Notes: a model not told the origin generated them from the letters alone. A DNA stretch of 57,075 bases from Candidatus Actinomarinales bacterium (GCA_004214055.1 SGYT01000002.1:1-57075), one strand, 5' to 3'. Positions 1-11,089 are shown, counted from the first letter of the stretch. Numbers and translations are program-made.

Positions 1-52
1 CGAAGATACTGGATTTTGAATCCAGCGCGTCTGCCAATTCCGCCATCCGGGC
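1..52 (-). tRNA. tRNA-Leu(CAA), 5' part only (3' part runs off the window edge)
   Basis: Reverse complement of 1-52 = GCCCGGATGGCGGAATTGGCAGACGCGCTGGATTCAAAATCCAGTATCTTCG. It shows a 7-nt acceptor strand, a D-arm with GG, anticodon stem CTGGA/TCCAG around loop TTCAAAA (anticodon CAA), and the start of a long class-II variable arm. Confidence 0.85.
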
Positions 53-108
53 TTACTTAAAGATTATATTTGATATATCCAAAAATGAGAGAATTTATTT
101 TTTAAGTT

Positions 109-114
109 TACAAT
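109..114 (+). promoter_or_regulatory. -10 hexamer TACAAT 6 nt upstream of the polA ATG (leaderless-type promoter)
   Basis: TACAAT at 109-114, then GGTTTA, then ATG at 121. No Shine-Dalgarno is present. The same geometry recurs at many other gene starts in the window. Confidence 0.4.
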
Positions 115-120
115 GGTTTA

Positions 121-2625
121 ATGGTTATTCTTATTGATGGATTTAGTATCGCTTTTAGAGCTTTTTATGCTTTACCAGAAACCTTAATGACATCTGAGGG
201 AACCCCAACAAACCTTATTCATGGATTCCTTTCAATGATCAATAAGGTAATAAATGAATACAAATCGGAACAAATGATTGTTACATGGGATTTGCCAGGA
301 AAAACTTTTAGAAATGATATATACAAAGAATACAAAGCAAATAGATCTCCGGCTCCTGATAATTTCAAGGTACAGATACCTCTTTTATATGATTTATTAG
401 ATGCATTTAATATCCCTCAAGTTTCAGAAGAAGGATACGAAGCTGATGACGTCCTTGGATCATTAGCAAAAAATTACAATGAAAAAGGTCAAGAAGTATT
501 AATTGTTACAGGTGATAGAGATACTTTTCAATTAATTACAAAAAATACAAAAATACTATATACAAAAAGAGGAATATCAGAAATAGACATAGTAGATGAA
601 AAATTTTTTAGTAATAAATATGGATTTAAAACAGATCAATATATTGAATACTTAGCACTAAAAGGAGACCCATCAGATAATATTCCTGGTTTAGCTGGGG
701 TAGGTGAAAAAACTGCAACATCGTTGTTGATAAAATACAAAACCATAGATGAAATTTACAAAAATTTAGATGATTTAACGCCAAAAATAAAAAATTCTTT
801 TGAAGAAAATAAAGAAACTCTACTAACAAGTAAAGAGTTAGCAACAATTAGAACAGACTTAAAAATAAAATTACCGAAAGTAAAATTAAAAGATACAGCA
901 TATTTTTCTGATAAAGTATTAGAAGCTTCTCAAGATAAAGTAAAGAAACTTGAATTAAATAAATACATTACTTCAAAATCAAATTCTCCAAAAAAAGAGA
1001 GTTATGAGAATGAAGAAACTGATGATTTAATAAAAACTGAAAAATTAACAGGTCCACAGTTGGTGATAAATCATGAAGATAAAATATATTTTATAAATTC
1101 TAATAATTACGGTGAGTACGTAGGTAAATTATCAAAATTAGATTACTTTATATCTTTAAATTCACAAAAGCTTATAAACATTATCGAGAAAGAGACTAAC
1201 AATTTGGAATTCGACGCCTATGATTGTATGCTTTTCTTAAAAGATCCAAGCATTAGACCTGATAATTTGCTTAACATCTCAAAACATCTAGATAGAACTA
1301 CAAATATAACAAACAAGTCAGAAGTAATTGATTATCTTATATTTTTCCAAAAACATTTTTTGTTTATAACTAAAGAAGTGCAAACTTTCAAAAAGCAAAA
1401 AAAACTTTTCAAAATATACAAAGACTTAGATTTTCCGCTTTTAGCAATTTTAGATTCTATGAATAAAAAAGGAGTAAAGGTGTCTAAAGGTAAAATAGAT
1501 AAACTATCCAAGGAAATTAATAGCCAGTTAGATCTATTTGATAAAGAAATAAAAAAGATTACCAAAAAAGATTTTAATTTAAATTCTCCAAAGCAGTTAT
1601 CTGAAATTTTGTATGTCGATATGAAATATCCAGTAATTAAGAAGACCCCAAAAGGAGCTCCCTCAACAGATGCATCAGTTTTAGAAGAATTATCTAAATC
1701 TCACGAACTTCCAAAAATAATATTGAAATACAGAGAGTATGAGAAACTTAGATCAACTTATATAGAGGGATTAAAAAATGAAATTGTAAAACACAGAATA
1801 CATACATCCTACAATCTTTTTGGAACAACGACAGGAAGGCTATCATCTGAAAAGCCAAATTTACAAAATATTCCAAATAAAACTGCAATAGGTCAAAAAA
1901 TTAGAGAATTTTTTATTGCTGATAATAATCATTCATTTATTATTGCTGATTATTCACAAATAGAATTAAGAGTACTTGCTCATTTAAGCAAAGATAAAAA
2001 TATGATAAGTATGTTAAGAGACAGAGAAGCAGATATACATTCTGAGACTGCTGCTCGAATATTTAATATTGATGTAGAGTCCGTCTCAAAAGATATGAGG
2101 AGAAAAGCAAAAGAAGTAAATTTTGGATTAATATATGGAATGGAGTCTTTTGGTTTATCTAAAAGTCTTGATATATCTAAAAATGAAGCTAACGAATTAA
2201 TTGATTCATACTTTAATCAATTTCCAAAGATTAAAGGATATCTAGATAATATTGTTAAAAATGCAGAAAGCTCTACTTTTACTGAAACACTATACGGAAG
2301 GAAAAGATTCATTAGAGAATTAGCATCTTCTAATTTTCAATTAAAATCTATGGGAAAAAGAATTGCAATGAATGCACCTATTCAAGGCACAGCCTCTGAT
2401 ATTATGAAAATCTCTATGATCAAGCTAGAAGATAAAATTACAAAACTAAATTCTACTAATATTATTTTACAAATTCATGACGAGATAATTATTCAAACTC
2501 CCGATGACATTGCAAGTAAAACAGCTAAATTAGTCCAAAAAGAAATGGAAAATGCAACTATTTTAGACGTTCCTTTATATGTTGATATAAAGCAAAATAA
2601 AAATTTAGCTAATTTTAATAATTAG
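121..2625 (+). CDS. polA: DNA polymerase I (5'-nuclease + family-A polymerase; central 3'-5' exonuclease region degenerate)
   Basis: 834-aa ORF. N-terminal FEN-type motifs are present (GYEADDVLGSLA, GDPSDNIPGLAGVGEKTA). Pol A motifs are DYSQIELRVLAH (A), RRKAKEVNFGLIYG (B) and QIHDEI (C). I see no DxE/YxxxD exonuclease motifs in residues ~300-450. Confidence 0.95.
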   Translation: MVILIDGFSIAFRAFYALPETLMTSEGTPTNLIHGFLSMINKVINEYKSEQMIVTWDLPGKTFRNDIYKEYKANRSPAPDNFKVQIPLLYDLLDAFNIPQVSEEGYEADDVLGSLAKNYNEKGQEVLIVTGDRDTFQLITKNTKILYTKRGISEIDIVDEKFFSNKYGFKTDQYIEYLALKGDPSDNIPGLAGVGEKTATSLLIKYKTIDEIYKNLDDLTPKIKNSFEENKETLLTSKELATIRTDLKIKLPKVKLKDTAYFSDKVLEASQDKVKKLELNKYITSKSNSPKKESYENEETDDLIKTEKLTGPQLVINHEDKIYFINSNNYGEYVGKLSKLDYFISLNSQKLINIIEKETNNLEFDAYDCMLFLKDPSIRPDNLLNISKHLDRTTNITNKSEVIDYLIFFQKHFLFITKEVQTFKKQKKLFKIYKDLDFPLLAILDSMNKKGVKVSKGKIDKLSKEINSQLDLFDKEIKKITKKDFNLNSPKQLSEILYVDMKYPVIKKTPKGAPSTDASVLEELSKSHELPKIILKYREYEKLRSTYIEGLKNEIVKHRIHTSYNLFGTTTGRLSSEKPNLQNIPNKTAIGQKIREFFIADNNHSFIIADYSQIELRVLAHLSKDKNMISMLRDREADIHSETAARIFNIDVESVSKDMRRKAKEVNFGLIYGMESFGLSKSLDISKNEANELIDSYFNQFPKIKGYLDNIVKNAESSTFTETLYGRKRFIRELASSNFQLKSMGKRIAMNAPIQGTASDIMKISMIKLEDKITKLNSTNIILQIHDEIIIQTPDDIASKTAKLVQKEMENATILDVPLYVDIKQNKNLANFNN

Positions 2626-2691
2626 TTTGTAAATATCCTAGATATGTTATTCTAAAAGTCGCAATACTATGATTGGAAAAAATTACATATT

Positions 2692-3981
2692 ATGACAGAT
2701 AATTTAGATGAGAAATCTAATTCTTCGAATGTCGTTCAGATTCCAGATGATGCAAAACCTGAAGATTTTCCCGATCTTTTAGAAAAAACCATAGTTACTT
2801 TTAACACGGGAGATGTTATTGAGGGTACAGTTGTCAGGATAGATAGAAATGAAGTATTTCTAGATGTTGGATATAAATCAGAAGGAGTAATTCCTTCTAG
2901 AGAGTTGACTGTAAGAAAATCAGTTAATCCTAATGACATCCTTAAAGAAGGGGAGAAAGTAAAAGCCCTTGTATTAGATAAAGAAGACGATGAAGGTAGA
3001 TTGCTATTGTCAGTAAAGAGAGCCTTATATGAAAAAGCTTGGGGAGATATACAAGATATATCAGATAATAATAAGTCAGTAAAAGGGGTGGTTATAGAAT
3101 CAGTAAAAGGTGGTTTGATAGTTGATATTGGAGTAAGAGGATTCTTGCCTGCATCGTTAATTGACGTAAGAAGAGTAAAAGAATTAAATTCATATATTGG
3201 TGAAGAAATAGAAGCAAAAATACTTGAATTAGATAGACAGAGAAACAATATAGTCTTATCAAGAAAAGCATATCTAGAAGAAGAGCAATCAGAGGAAAGA
3301 CAAGGGTTCCTTGATGATTTAGAAGTTGGCGATATAAAAGAAGGTAAAGTCTCTTCAATAGTTAATTTCGGAGCGTTTGTAGACATTGGAGGTATGGATG
3401 GATTAGTTCATGTTTCTGAACTTTCATGGAGACATGTTGAAAATCCAAATGAAATAGTTAAAGTTGGCGACGAAGCTAGAGTTAAAGTATTAGAAATAGA
3501 TCTTGAAAAAGAAAGAATTTCTCTTTCTATCAAACAGGTAACGGAAGATCCATGGTTAGATTTTGAATTAAGTTTCAATGAAGGAGATATAGTTGAAGGA
3601 AAAGTAACAAAAGTAGTTCCATTTGGTTCATTTGTTACTATAGGGAAAGGTGTAGAAGGACTAGTACATGTTTCAGAAATTTCTATTGAAAAGGTAGACT
3701 CGCCTGAATTGGCATTAGCTATTGGTGAAAAAGTAAAAGTAAAAATTATAGAATTAGATATTCCAAAAAGGCGTGTTAATCTCTCTATAAAACAAACTCA
3801 CCCAGAGTGGAAAGAGACTGAAGAAGAAAAAAACATACCAAAAACCCATTCTTCACAATCAGAAAAAAAGTCTGAGACAGAAGATCAAAAATCAACTCGT
3901 CAAAAAGTAGAAGGGGTTGACGAATCGTTAGATAATATCCTCCAAGAGCTTAAAGATCGTGGGATAGGCAATACGGACTAG
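2692..3981 (+). CDS. rpsA: 30S ribosomal protein S1
   Basis: 429 aa with four tandem S1 repeats (GDVIEGTVV..VFLDVG, GFLPAS, GLVHVSELS, GLVHVSEIS). It sits after polA as in Actinobacteria. Confidence 0.95.
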   Translation: MTDNLDEKSNSSNVVQIPDDAKPEDFPDLLEKTIVTFNTGDVIEGTVVRIDRNEVFLDVGYKSEGVIPSRELTVRKSVNPNDILKEGEKVKALVLDKEDDEGRLLLSVKRALYEKAWGDIQDISDNNKSVKGVVIESVKGGLIVDIGVRGFLPASLIDVRRVKELNSYIGEEIEAKILELDRQRNNIVLSRKAYLEEEQSEERQGFLDDLEVGDIKEGKVSSIVNFGAFVDIGGMDGLVHVSELSWRHVENPNEIVKVGDEARVKVLEIDLEKERISLSIKQVTEDPWLDFELSFNEGDIVEGKVTKVVPFGSFVTIGKGVEGLVHVSEISIEKVDSPELALAIGEKVKVKIIELDIPKRRVNLSIKQTHPEWKETEEEKNIPKTHSSQSEKKSETEDQKSTRQKVEGVDESLDNILQELKDRGIGNTD

Positions 3982-4014
3982 CTTTAAATTTAATAACAAC
4001 TTATTCTTATAGCT

Positions 4015-4578
4015 ATGGATAAAAAAGTAATTCTTATTACTGGACCTATTGGCAGTGGTAAATCTGAAGTATTATCAATTATTAATAGATTGGGATATAA
4101 CACTGTTGATTTGGATGCTGTATCTGGAGAAATATTATTAAGTGAGGAATCAAAAAATTTTCTTTCTAAAAATTTTCCATCTTCCTTAGTAAATGGATCT
4201 GTTTCAAAAGAGAATATTGCAGAAATAGTTTTTGATGACAAGAGTAAATTGGAAATATTAGAAAATTTTATACATCCAAAAGTATTAATAAAGTTAAAGG
4301 ACATTATCAAAAAAAATGATGATATAACGTTCGTTGAAGTATCTGCACCTAAAAATTTACATAAAGAATTCCGTACTCTTGTCATTTGGGCATCTGAAGA
4401 TGAAAGAGTTAAAAGACTAATAGATAGAGGTATGGAAATTAATGATATAAAAAATAGAATCAAATCTCAACCAACCGATGAATGGTGGCATTCTATTGGT
4501 TCTCTGATAATTAACAGTAATATAGATCAACTTGAAATAGATATTAAAAATTATATAGACGGTTTTATTAATGAGTAG
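4015..4578 (+). CDS. coaE: dephospho-CoA kinase
   Basis: 187 aa with N-terminal P-loop ITGPIGSGKS. It lies in the conserved polA-rpsA-coaE position. TATTCT -10 at 4002-4007 is 7 nt before the ATG. It overlaps uvrB by 8 nt. Confidence 0.8.
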   Translation: MDKKVILITGPIGSGKSEVLSIINRLGYNTVDLDAVSGEILLSEESKNFLSKNFPSSLVNGSVSKENIAEIVFDDKSKLEILENFIHPKVLIKLKDIIKKNDDITFVEVSAPKNLHKEFRTLVIWASEDERVKRLIDRGMEINDIKNRIKSQPTDEWWHSIGSLIINSNIDQLEIDIKNYIDGFINE

Positions 4579-6568
4579 ATTTGAAGTTTTTTCTGATTTC
4601 AAACCTGAAGGTGACCAGCCAAAGGCAATAGAAAAATTAAGAGAAGGTATTAATAAAGGTTTTGATTTTCAATCTCTTATGGGCATAACTGGTTCTGGTA
4701 AATCAGCCACCATTGCTTGGTTGATTGAAGAACTACAACTTCCTTCTCTTGTTCTTGCTCCAAATAAAGCTCTAGCTGCTCAACTAGCGAATGAATTTAG
4801 ACAATTTTTTCCTAAGAATAGGGTTGAATATTTTGTATCTTATTATGACTATTATCAACCTGAAGCATATGTACCTAGAAGCGACACCTTCATAGAGAAA
4901 GATGCAAATATAAATGAAGAAATAGATAGGTTAAGGCATGCAGCAACAAGCGCATTACTAATGAGAGATGATGTCATAGTTGTTTCATCAGTCTCTTGTA
5001 TTTATGGCTTAGGTTCTCCTCAAGAATATAGAAATAAAATTATCCCAATAATTAAAAATAAAGAATTTGATTTAGATTCGTTGCTTACGAAATTAATTAA
5101 ACAACAATACATTAGAAATGATTTAGTAGTATCGAGAGGATCTTTTAGATTAAAGGGAGATACATTAGACATTTTTCCTGTTTACGAAGAGACAATATAT
5201 CGTATAGAATTTTTTGGTGATGAAGTCGAGAGCATACTAAGAATCGATCCAGTTACAGGTGAAATACTAGAAAAACTAAATGAGTTAGCAATATTACCAG
5301 CTTCACATTACGTGTCTTCTGATGACACTATAAAAGATGCGCTTGAAAAAATAGAGTTAGATATGAATATGCAAATAAAAAAATTTGAAAAGAATAATAA
5401 ACTTCTTGAAGCTCAAAGGATTAAACAAAGGACACTGTTCGATCTTGAAATGCTAAGAGAGCTTGGTGTTTGTTCTGGAATTGAAAATTATTCAAGATAT
5501 TTTGATGGTAGAAAACCTGGTGAAGCACCCCATACACTTATAGATTTTTTCCCAGAAGAATTTTTAATGGTTGTTGATGAAAGCCATATTGCTATTCCTC
5601 AAATTAGAGGACAATATGAAGGAGATAAATCAAGAAAGACTACTTTAGTTGATTATGGATTTAGATTACCAGCAGCTTTGGATAATAGACCACTAAAGTT
5701 TGAAGAATGGGAAAACAAAGTTTCTAAAACCATATTAGTTTCAGCAACACCTGGTAAATGGGAAAACGAAAACTCAAAAGAATTTGTAGAACAAATAATA
5801 AGACCAACTGGACTATTAGACCCCTCTGTAGTTATAAAACCTACTACTAACCAAATTGAAGATTTGTTAGTTGAGATTAACTCTGTAGTAAAAAATGGCA
5901 ACCGTGTTTTAGTAACAACATTAACAAAAAAAATGAGTGAAGCTTTGAGTGATTATTTATTGAAAACTGGGGTGAAAACCAGATATTTACATTCTGACAT
6001 TGATACCTTGGAAAGGATAGAAATTTTAAGAGATTTAAGAAAAGGAGAATTTGATGTCTTAGTTGGAATCAATTTACTTAGAGAAGGGTTAGACCTTCCA
6101 GAAGTACAACTTGTAGCAATAATGGACGCAGATAAGGAAGGATTTTTGAGATCTGAAACAAGTTTAATTCAAACTATCGGAAGAGCTGCTAGAAACAAAG
6201 AAGGATATGTCATAATGTATGCCGACAAAATGACTGATTCAATAACTAAAGCAGTATATGAAACTAAGAGAAGAAGAGAAATTCAAGAATTACATAATAA
6301 AAAATATGGAATTAATCCAGAAACTATAAAAAAAGAAATTACAGATTTGCTAGAAATAGTTGAAAGAAATAGACCATCTAAAGAAAATATTAGTTCTCGA
6401 TTAAATACTAATTTAAAAGATGCCTCTAAAGAAGATTTATATAAGATATCTAAAGATATAGAGAAGGAAATGCATGTAGCAGCTGATTTACTAGAGTTTG
6501 AAGTAGCAGCTAGATTAAGAGATGAACTAAAAGAAATTAAAAAAGAGATCATGGAGTTACCAAATTAA
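4571..6568 (+). CDS. uvrB: excinuclease ABC subunit B
   Basis: 665 aa. Motifs: Walker A GITGSGKS, beta-hairpin region YYDYYQPEAY, DESH box (VVDESHIAIPQ), and C-terminal UVR motif (EFEVAARLRDEL). Confidence 0.97.
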   Translation: MSRFEVFSDFKPEGDQPKAIEKLREGINKGFDFQSLMGITGSGKSATIAWLIEELQLPSLVLAPNKALAAQLANEFRQFFPKNRVEYFVSYYDYYQPEAYVPRSDTFIEKDANINEEIDRLRHAATSALLMRDDVIVVSSVSCIYGLGSPQEYRNKIIPIIKNKEFDLDSLLTKLIKQQYIRNDLVVSRGSFRLKGDTLDIFPVYEETIYRIEFFGDEVESILRIDPVTGEILEKLNELAILPASHYVSSDDTIKDALEKIELDMNMQIKKFEKNNKLLEAQRIKQRTLFDLEMLRELGVCSGIENYSRYFDGRKPGEAPHTLIDFFPEEFLMVVDESHIAIPQIRGQYEGDKSRKTTLVDYGFRLPAALDNRPLKFEEWENKVSKTILVSATPGKWENENSKEFVEQIIRPTGLLDPSVVIKPTTNQIEDLLVEINSVVKNGNRVLVTTLTKKMSEALSDYLLKTGVKTRYLHSDIDTLERIEILRDLRKGEFDVLVGINLLREGLDLPEVQLVAIMDADKEGFLRSETSLIQTIGRAARNKEGYVIMYADKMTDSITKAVYETKRRREIQELHNKKYGINPETIKKEITDLLEIVERNRPSKENISSRLNTNLKDASKEDLYKISKDIEKEMHVAADLLEFEVAARLRDELKEIKKEIMELPN

Positions 6569-9378
6569 TGTCTAAAGATTATTTAAAAATTAAAGGTGCA
6601 AAAGAACATAATTTAAAAAATATATCAGTTGATATTCCAAAAAATGAATTTGTAGTTATTACTGGCTTATCTGGTTCAGGGAAGTCTTCACTTGCTTTTG
6701 ACACAATATACGCAGAAGGGCAGCGAAGATATGTTGAAAGTTTGTCTGCTTATGCGCGTCAATTTTTAGGCCAAATGGAAAAACCTAATGTAGAAAGTAT
6801 AGAGGGACTTTCACCTGCAATTGCAATAGATCAAAAAACTTCTTCAAGAAGCCCTCGCTCAACTGTTGGAACAGTTACTGAAATACATGATTACTTAAGA
6901 CTGTTGTGGGCAAGAATAGGTATTAGTTTTTGTCCTATTTGTGGAACAAAAATACAAAAACAATCAGTTGATTTTATTGTAAAACAAGTTCTCAATATAG
7001 GTACTGAAATCAATATTGAAATACTTGCACCAGTTGTAAAATCTCGTAAAGGTGAATTTGAAAACTTATTTAAAGATTTGCTCAAAGATGGTTTCAGCAG
7101 AGCATATATTGATGATGAGCTGATAAGGCTAGATGAAGCTAAAAGATTAGACCGCTATTTCAATCATGATATTTCTGTTGTTGTTGATAGAGTAAAAATT
7201 AAAAAAACAGGTGGAAGAAGGTTACCTCAATCAATAGAAGCTGCTCTTAAACTTACTGAAGGAATTGTAGATATAAAGATTGGTGATGAAATTAACAGCT
7301 TTAGTCAAAATTTAGGTTGTAAAGAATGTGGCACATCATATGGAGAATTAGAGCCAAGAGACTTTTCATTCAATTCTCCTTTTGGAGCATGTGATTTCTG
7401 TAATGGACTAGGAGTTAATTATGAAATAGATGAAAATTTACTTTTAAAAGATAGAACTTTAACTATTAGAGAGAATGTATTTCCAGAAATGTCATTTAGG
7501 AAATACTTCCGTGCTCAAATACACGGTGTATGTGAATATTTTGAAATACCTATGGATATTCCTTATGAAGAAATATCTATAAATGATCAAGAAATTTTAC
7601 TTTATGGAACTGATGGAATCAAAACACCGATAAATTATACAAATAGATTTGGGAATAAAAGGTCATGGAAAAGAGAGTTTCCTGGTGTAATACCATTGTT
7701 TAAAAAAATATATGAAGAAACAAGTTCTGACAAAAGAAGAGATTATTATATGCAGTTTATGAGAGAACTTGATTGTGGGGATTGTGATGGTGAAAGATTA
7801 AATGAAAGATCAAGAAACGTAAAAGTAAAAGCTTTAACGCTTGGTGAATTTAACAAACTTTCTATAAAAAAAGCTTATGAAGTGATACAGAATTTAAAGC
7901 TTAGCGGGAACTCGAAAGAAATAGCAGAAGCAATAATTAGAGAAATAAAAGAGAGATTGAGTTTTCTAAATGAAGTTGGATTGGGTTACCTACAGCTAAA
8001 TAGAGGTGCAGCAACACTTTCTGGAGGAGAAGCGCAACGAATTAGGCTAGCAACACAAATAGGATCAGGCCTAACAGGGGTGTTATACGTATTAGATGAA
8101 CCGTCAATCGGTCTACACCAATCTGACAATAAAAAATTAATAGAGACATTATTAAGATTAAAAAATTTAGGGAATACAGTATTAGTCGTTGAGCATGATG
8201 AAGAAACAATGAAAAGCTCTGATTATCTAATTGATATAGGGTGGGGTGCAGGAGAAGATGGAGGAAGGATTGTTGCTGCTGGGGATTGGAATGTAATATC
8301 TAACAATAAAAAGTCAATAACAGGTAGGTATTTATCTGGAAAATTAAAAGTTCCATATCCAAAGGTCAGAAGAAATGGAAATGAAGGAAAAATAGTTATA
8401 AGAGGTGCAAAAGAAAACAACTTAAAAAATATTACTGCTGAATTTCCACTTGGTAAATTTATATCTGTGACTGGGGTTTCTGGTAGTGGTAAGTCAACTT
8501 TAGTGTCTGAAATATTAGCTAAAGCAATACATAATGAATTTACTAGAAAAAATTGGAACCCGCCAGGGATACATAAAAGTATTAGTGGTTTAAATTATAT
8601 TGATAAACTTATAGAAATAGATCAATCACCCATAGGTCGTACACCTAGATCAAATCCTGCAACTTATTCAGGAGTATTCGATATGATAAGAAATTTATAC
8701 TCCCTTACAGAAGAATCAAAAATTCGGGGTTATAAACCAGGCCGTTTTTCTTTCAATGTACCCGGAGGTAGATGTGAATCATGTAAAGGCGACGGAACAA
8801 TAAAAGTAGAGATGTATTTTCTACCTGATGTATATGTAATGTGTGAAGATTGTAATGGATCAAGATATAACCCTGAGACATTGAGCATAAAATGGAAGGG
8901 ATATAGTATTGCTGAGATACTTAACTCAACTGTTGAAAATGCACTAAAAATATTTGAAAACCAACCAAAAATTTATCGAATAATCAAAACTTTAGATGAT
9001 GTTGGTTTGTCTTATATTACTTTAGGTCAATCTGCGACAACATTATCAGGTGGTGAAGCTCAAAGAGTAAAGCTAGCAAAAGAATTAAGTAAAAGGTCTA
9101 CAGGTAAGACTATGTATATTCTTGATGAGCCAACCACAGGATTACATTTTGCAGATGTTCAAAAACTAATGGAAGTATTACACATGCTTGTAGATAAAGG
9201 AAATACTGTTGTTGTAATTGAACACAATTTAGATGTAATAAAAAATTCAGATTGGATAATTGATCTAGGCCCAGAAGGTGGAGATAATGGAGGAAAAATA
9301 ATTACAGAAGGGACTCCAGAAAGTGTAGTAGGAGATAAGGATTCATTAACAGGAAAACATTTGAAGTTAGTTTTATAG
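6568..9378 (+). CDS. uvrA: excinuclease ABC subunit A
   Basis: 936 aa with two ABC modules ([14 protein letters not shown] / [12 protein letters not shown] / [10 protein letters not shown] and [11 protein letters not shown] / [12 protein letters not shown] / [10 protein letters not shown]) plus CxxC zinc modules. The start overlaps the uvrB stop (TAATG). Confidence 0.97.
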   Translation: MSKDYLKIKGAKEHNLKNISVDIPKNEFVVITGLSGSGKSSLAFDTIYAEGQRRYVESLSAYARQFLGQMEKPNVESIEGLSPAIAIDQKTSSRSPRSTVGTVTEIHDYLRLLWARIGISFCPICGTKIQKQSVDFIVKQVLNIGTEINIEILAPVVKSRKGEFENLFKDLLKDGFSRAYIDDELIRLDEAKRLDRYFNHDISVVVDRVKIKKTGGRRLPQSIEAALKLTEGIVDIKIGDEINSFSQNLGCKECGTSYGELEPRDFSFNSPFGACDFCNGLGVNYEIDENLLLKDRTLTIRENVFPEMSFRKYFRAQIHGVCEYFEIPMDIPYEEISINDQEILLYGTDGIKTPINYTNRFGNKRSWKREFPGVIPLFKKIYEETSSDKRRDYYMQFMRELDCGDCDGERLNERSRNVKVKALTLGEFNKLSIKKAYEVIQNLKLSGNSKEIAEAIIREIKERLSFLNEVGLGYLQLNRGAATLSGGEAQRIRLATQIGSGLTGVLYVLDEPSIGLHQSDNKKLIETLLRLKNLGNTVLVVEHDEETMKSSDYLIDIGWGAGEDGGRIVAAGDWNVISNNKKSITGRYLSGKLKVPYPKVRRNGNEGKIVIRGAKENNLKNITAEFPLGKFISVTGVSGSGKSTLVSEILAKAIHNEFTRKNWNPPGIHKSISGLNYIDKLIEIDQSPIGRTPRSNPATYSGVFDMIRNLYSLTEESKIRGYKPGRFSFNVPGGRCESCKGDGTIKVEMYFLPDVYVMCEDCNGSRYNPETLSIKWKGYSIAEILNSTVENALKIFENQPKIYRIIKTLDDVGLSYITLGQSATTLSGGEAQRVKLAKELSKRSTGKTMYILDEPTTGLHFADVQKLMEVLHMLVDKGNTVVVIEHNLDVIKNSDWIIDLGPEGGDNGGKIITEGTPESVVGDKDSLTGKHLKLVL

Positions 9379-11025
9379 ATGGAAAAGATAACCAACAAAG
9401 AAATTCCTAATGAACCAGGAATTTATATATTTAAAGATAGCTATGGCGAGCCTCTATATGTAGGCAAGGCTAAAAATCTTAGAAAAAGAGTTCCTTCATA
9501 TTTTGCAAAACAAACCTCTTGGAAAGTAAAAAGATTAATCTCTGAAGCAAATGAGGTAAGTTTTGTTGTTGCTAAGAATGAAGCAGATGCTTTGCTTGCA
9601 GAATATTCATTTATACAAGAATATAAACCAAAATATAACGTACAGTTTAAAGATGATAAATCATACCCATATGTAACTCTTACAAATGAAGAATGGCCAC
9701 GTGCATATATATCTAGAAGTATTACCTCTAAAAATAATAATTTTGGACCTTTTCCATTTGTTGGTTCTGCAAAACGATCTCTTGATCATTTGATAAATAT
9801 ATTTCCAGTTAGAACATGCACTAACACTGTATTCAATAGGCATCAAAAACTAAATAAACCTTGTCTGTTGTTTGATATAGAAAAATGTTCTGGCCCATGC
9901 GTTGGAGCAATTGAAAAAGTCGAATACACAAAACTTACTAAAAAACTAAAAGATTTTTATTTAGGCAAGTCAGATAAATATATAAATGAGAAAAAAATAG
10001 ATATGAAAAATTATTCTCAGAAACAAGAATATGAAAAAGCAAATAAATCTAAAAACTTAATTAATCATTTAGAAAATGCTAGAACTACACAAACTTTACT
10101 TGTGGATAATAATAAGTCGGTTGATGTTTTAGGAATCGACATTGATAATTTAGATGTTGTCATTTCTTGTTTATTGATTAGGAATGGAAGAATTATTGGA
10201 GAAGTAAAAAAAACTTTAGAACCTATTGATACTTCAGATTATAATGAATATTTGCCTCAAGTAATATTATCTGTTTTCTCTGAAAACCAACCATCAGAAG
10301 AAATATTAGTTAGTTATAATTTTCCATATTCAGAAGTTATTGAAAAAGAGTTATCAAAAAAATGGTCAAAAAAGATTAAATTAAAAACTCCACAAAGAGG
10401 GTGGAAAAAAGATTTATTGGAGACTGCAATTATTGATGCAATTGAAACAAGAAGAGTCGTAAACTTTAGAAGGCGTACTGATTTAGAATTTAGATCAAAA
10501 TCACTTGAGCAATTAAAAAATAATCTTGGTTTAAAAAATATTCCTTACAGAATTGAAGCATATGATATATCAAATTTAGCTGATAAGCATAGAGTTGGAT
10601 CAATGGTTGTAATGGAAGATGGCCTATGCAAACCTTCTATGTATAGAAAGTTCCACATAAAATCATTTGAAGGGCAAGATGATTTCAAATCAATGGAAGA
10701 AGTACTTTTTAGAAGGTTAAAAAGATTAAATAAACATTCAGAGGAGGATAAAAGTTTTAAAAAATATCCAGATTTAATTTTAGTCGATGGTGGGAAAGGC
10801 CAGCTTTCTTCTGCAAAAAGCATAATAGATCATTTTGAATTAAATATTGAATTGGTTGCTCTAGCTAAAAAAGATGAAGAATTATATTTGCCAAATAGAA
10901 AAGAACCTTATGTTTTGAATAAGGACTCAGAGGCGTTATTTTTACTACAAAACATCAGAGATGAAGCTCACAGATTTGCATTAAAAGAAAATAGACGACT
11001 TAGAGCAAAAGAATTAAGCATATAA
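9379..11025 (+). CDS. uvrC: excinuclease ABC subunit C, lacking the C-terminal (HhH)2 domain
   Basis: 548 aa. It has GIY-YIG (PGIYIFKD..YVGKAKNLRKR) and the endonuclease domain (EAYDISN, VDGGKGQL, IRDEAHRFA). The ORF stops about 15 residues after RDEAHRFA. The ATG directly abuts the uvrA stop. Confidence 0.92.
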   Translation: MEKITNKEIPNEPGIYIFKDSYGEPLYVGKAKNLRKRVPSYFAKQTSWKVKRLISEANEVSFVVAKNEADALLAEYSFIQEYKPKYNVQFKDDKSYPYVTLTNEEWPRAYISRSITSKNNNFGPFPFVGSAKRSLDHLINIFPVRTCTNTVFNRHQKLNKPCLLFDIEKCSGPCVGAIEKVEYTKLTKKLKDFYLGKSDKYINEKKIDMKNYSQKQEYEKANKSKNLINHLENARTTQTLLVDNNKSVDVLGIDIDNLDVVISCLLIRNGRIIGEVKKTLEPIDTSDYNEYLPQVILSVFSENQPSEEILVSYNFPYSEVIEKELSKKWSKKIKLKTPQRGWKKDLLETAIIDAIETRRVVNFRRRTDLEFRSKSLEQLKNNLGLKNIPYRIEAYDISNLADKHRVGSMVVMEDGLCKPSMYRKFHIKSFEGQDDFKSMEEVLFRRLKRLNKHSEEDKSFKKYPDLILVDGGKGQLSSAKSIIDHFELNIELVALAKKDEELYLPNRKEPYVLNKDSEALFLLQNIRDEAHRFALKENRRLRAKELSI

Positions 11026-11089
11026 AGACACTTAAAGAAAGTTCTACCATCTAAACGGCTGTTAATTAGAATGCTATAAGAGGATAAGA

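Noticed and set aside
121-2625. DNA polymerase I lacks the 3'-5' exonuclease motifs.
   Set aside because: The observation is real, but exonuclease-dead Pol I is already well known, for example in Thermus and mycobacteria. It is not novel.
2736-3386. Long antisense ORFs lie inside well-supported genes. They are 2736-3386 and 3092-3358 in rpsA, 3990-4463 in coaE, 14336-14707 in gpmA, 15904-16263 in the LON gene, 24155-24409 opposite ferredoxin, 36937-37242 in scpB, 47320-47652 in pgsA, and the other track ORFs of about 60-90 aa that lie inside genes called here.
   Set aside because: Each lies entirely within a gene whose translation carries strong family motifs. Their own translations are low-complexity (S/L/F/I-rich) with no recognisable motifs. 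Such shadow ORFs are expected from codon bias.
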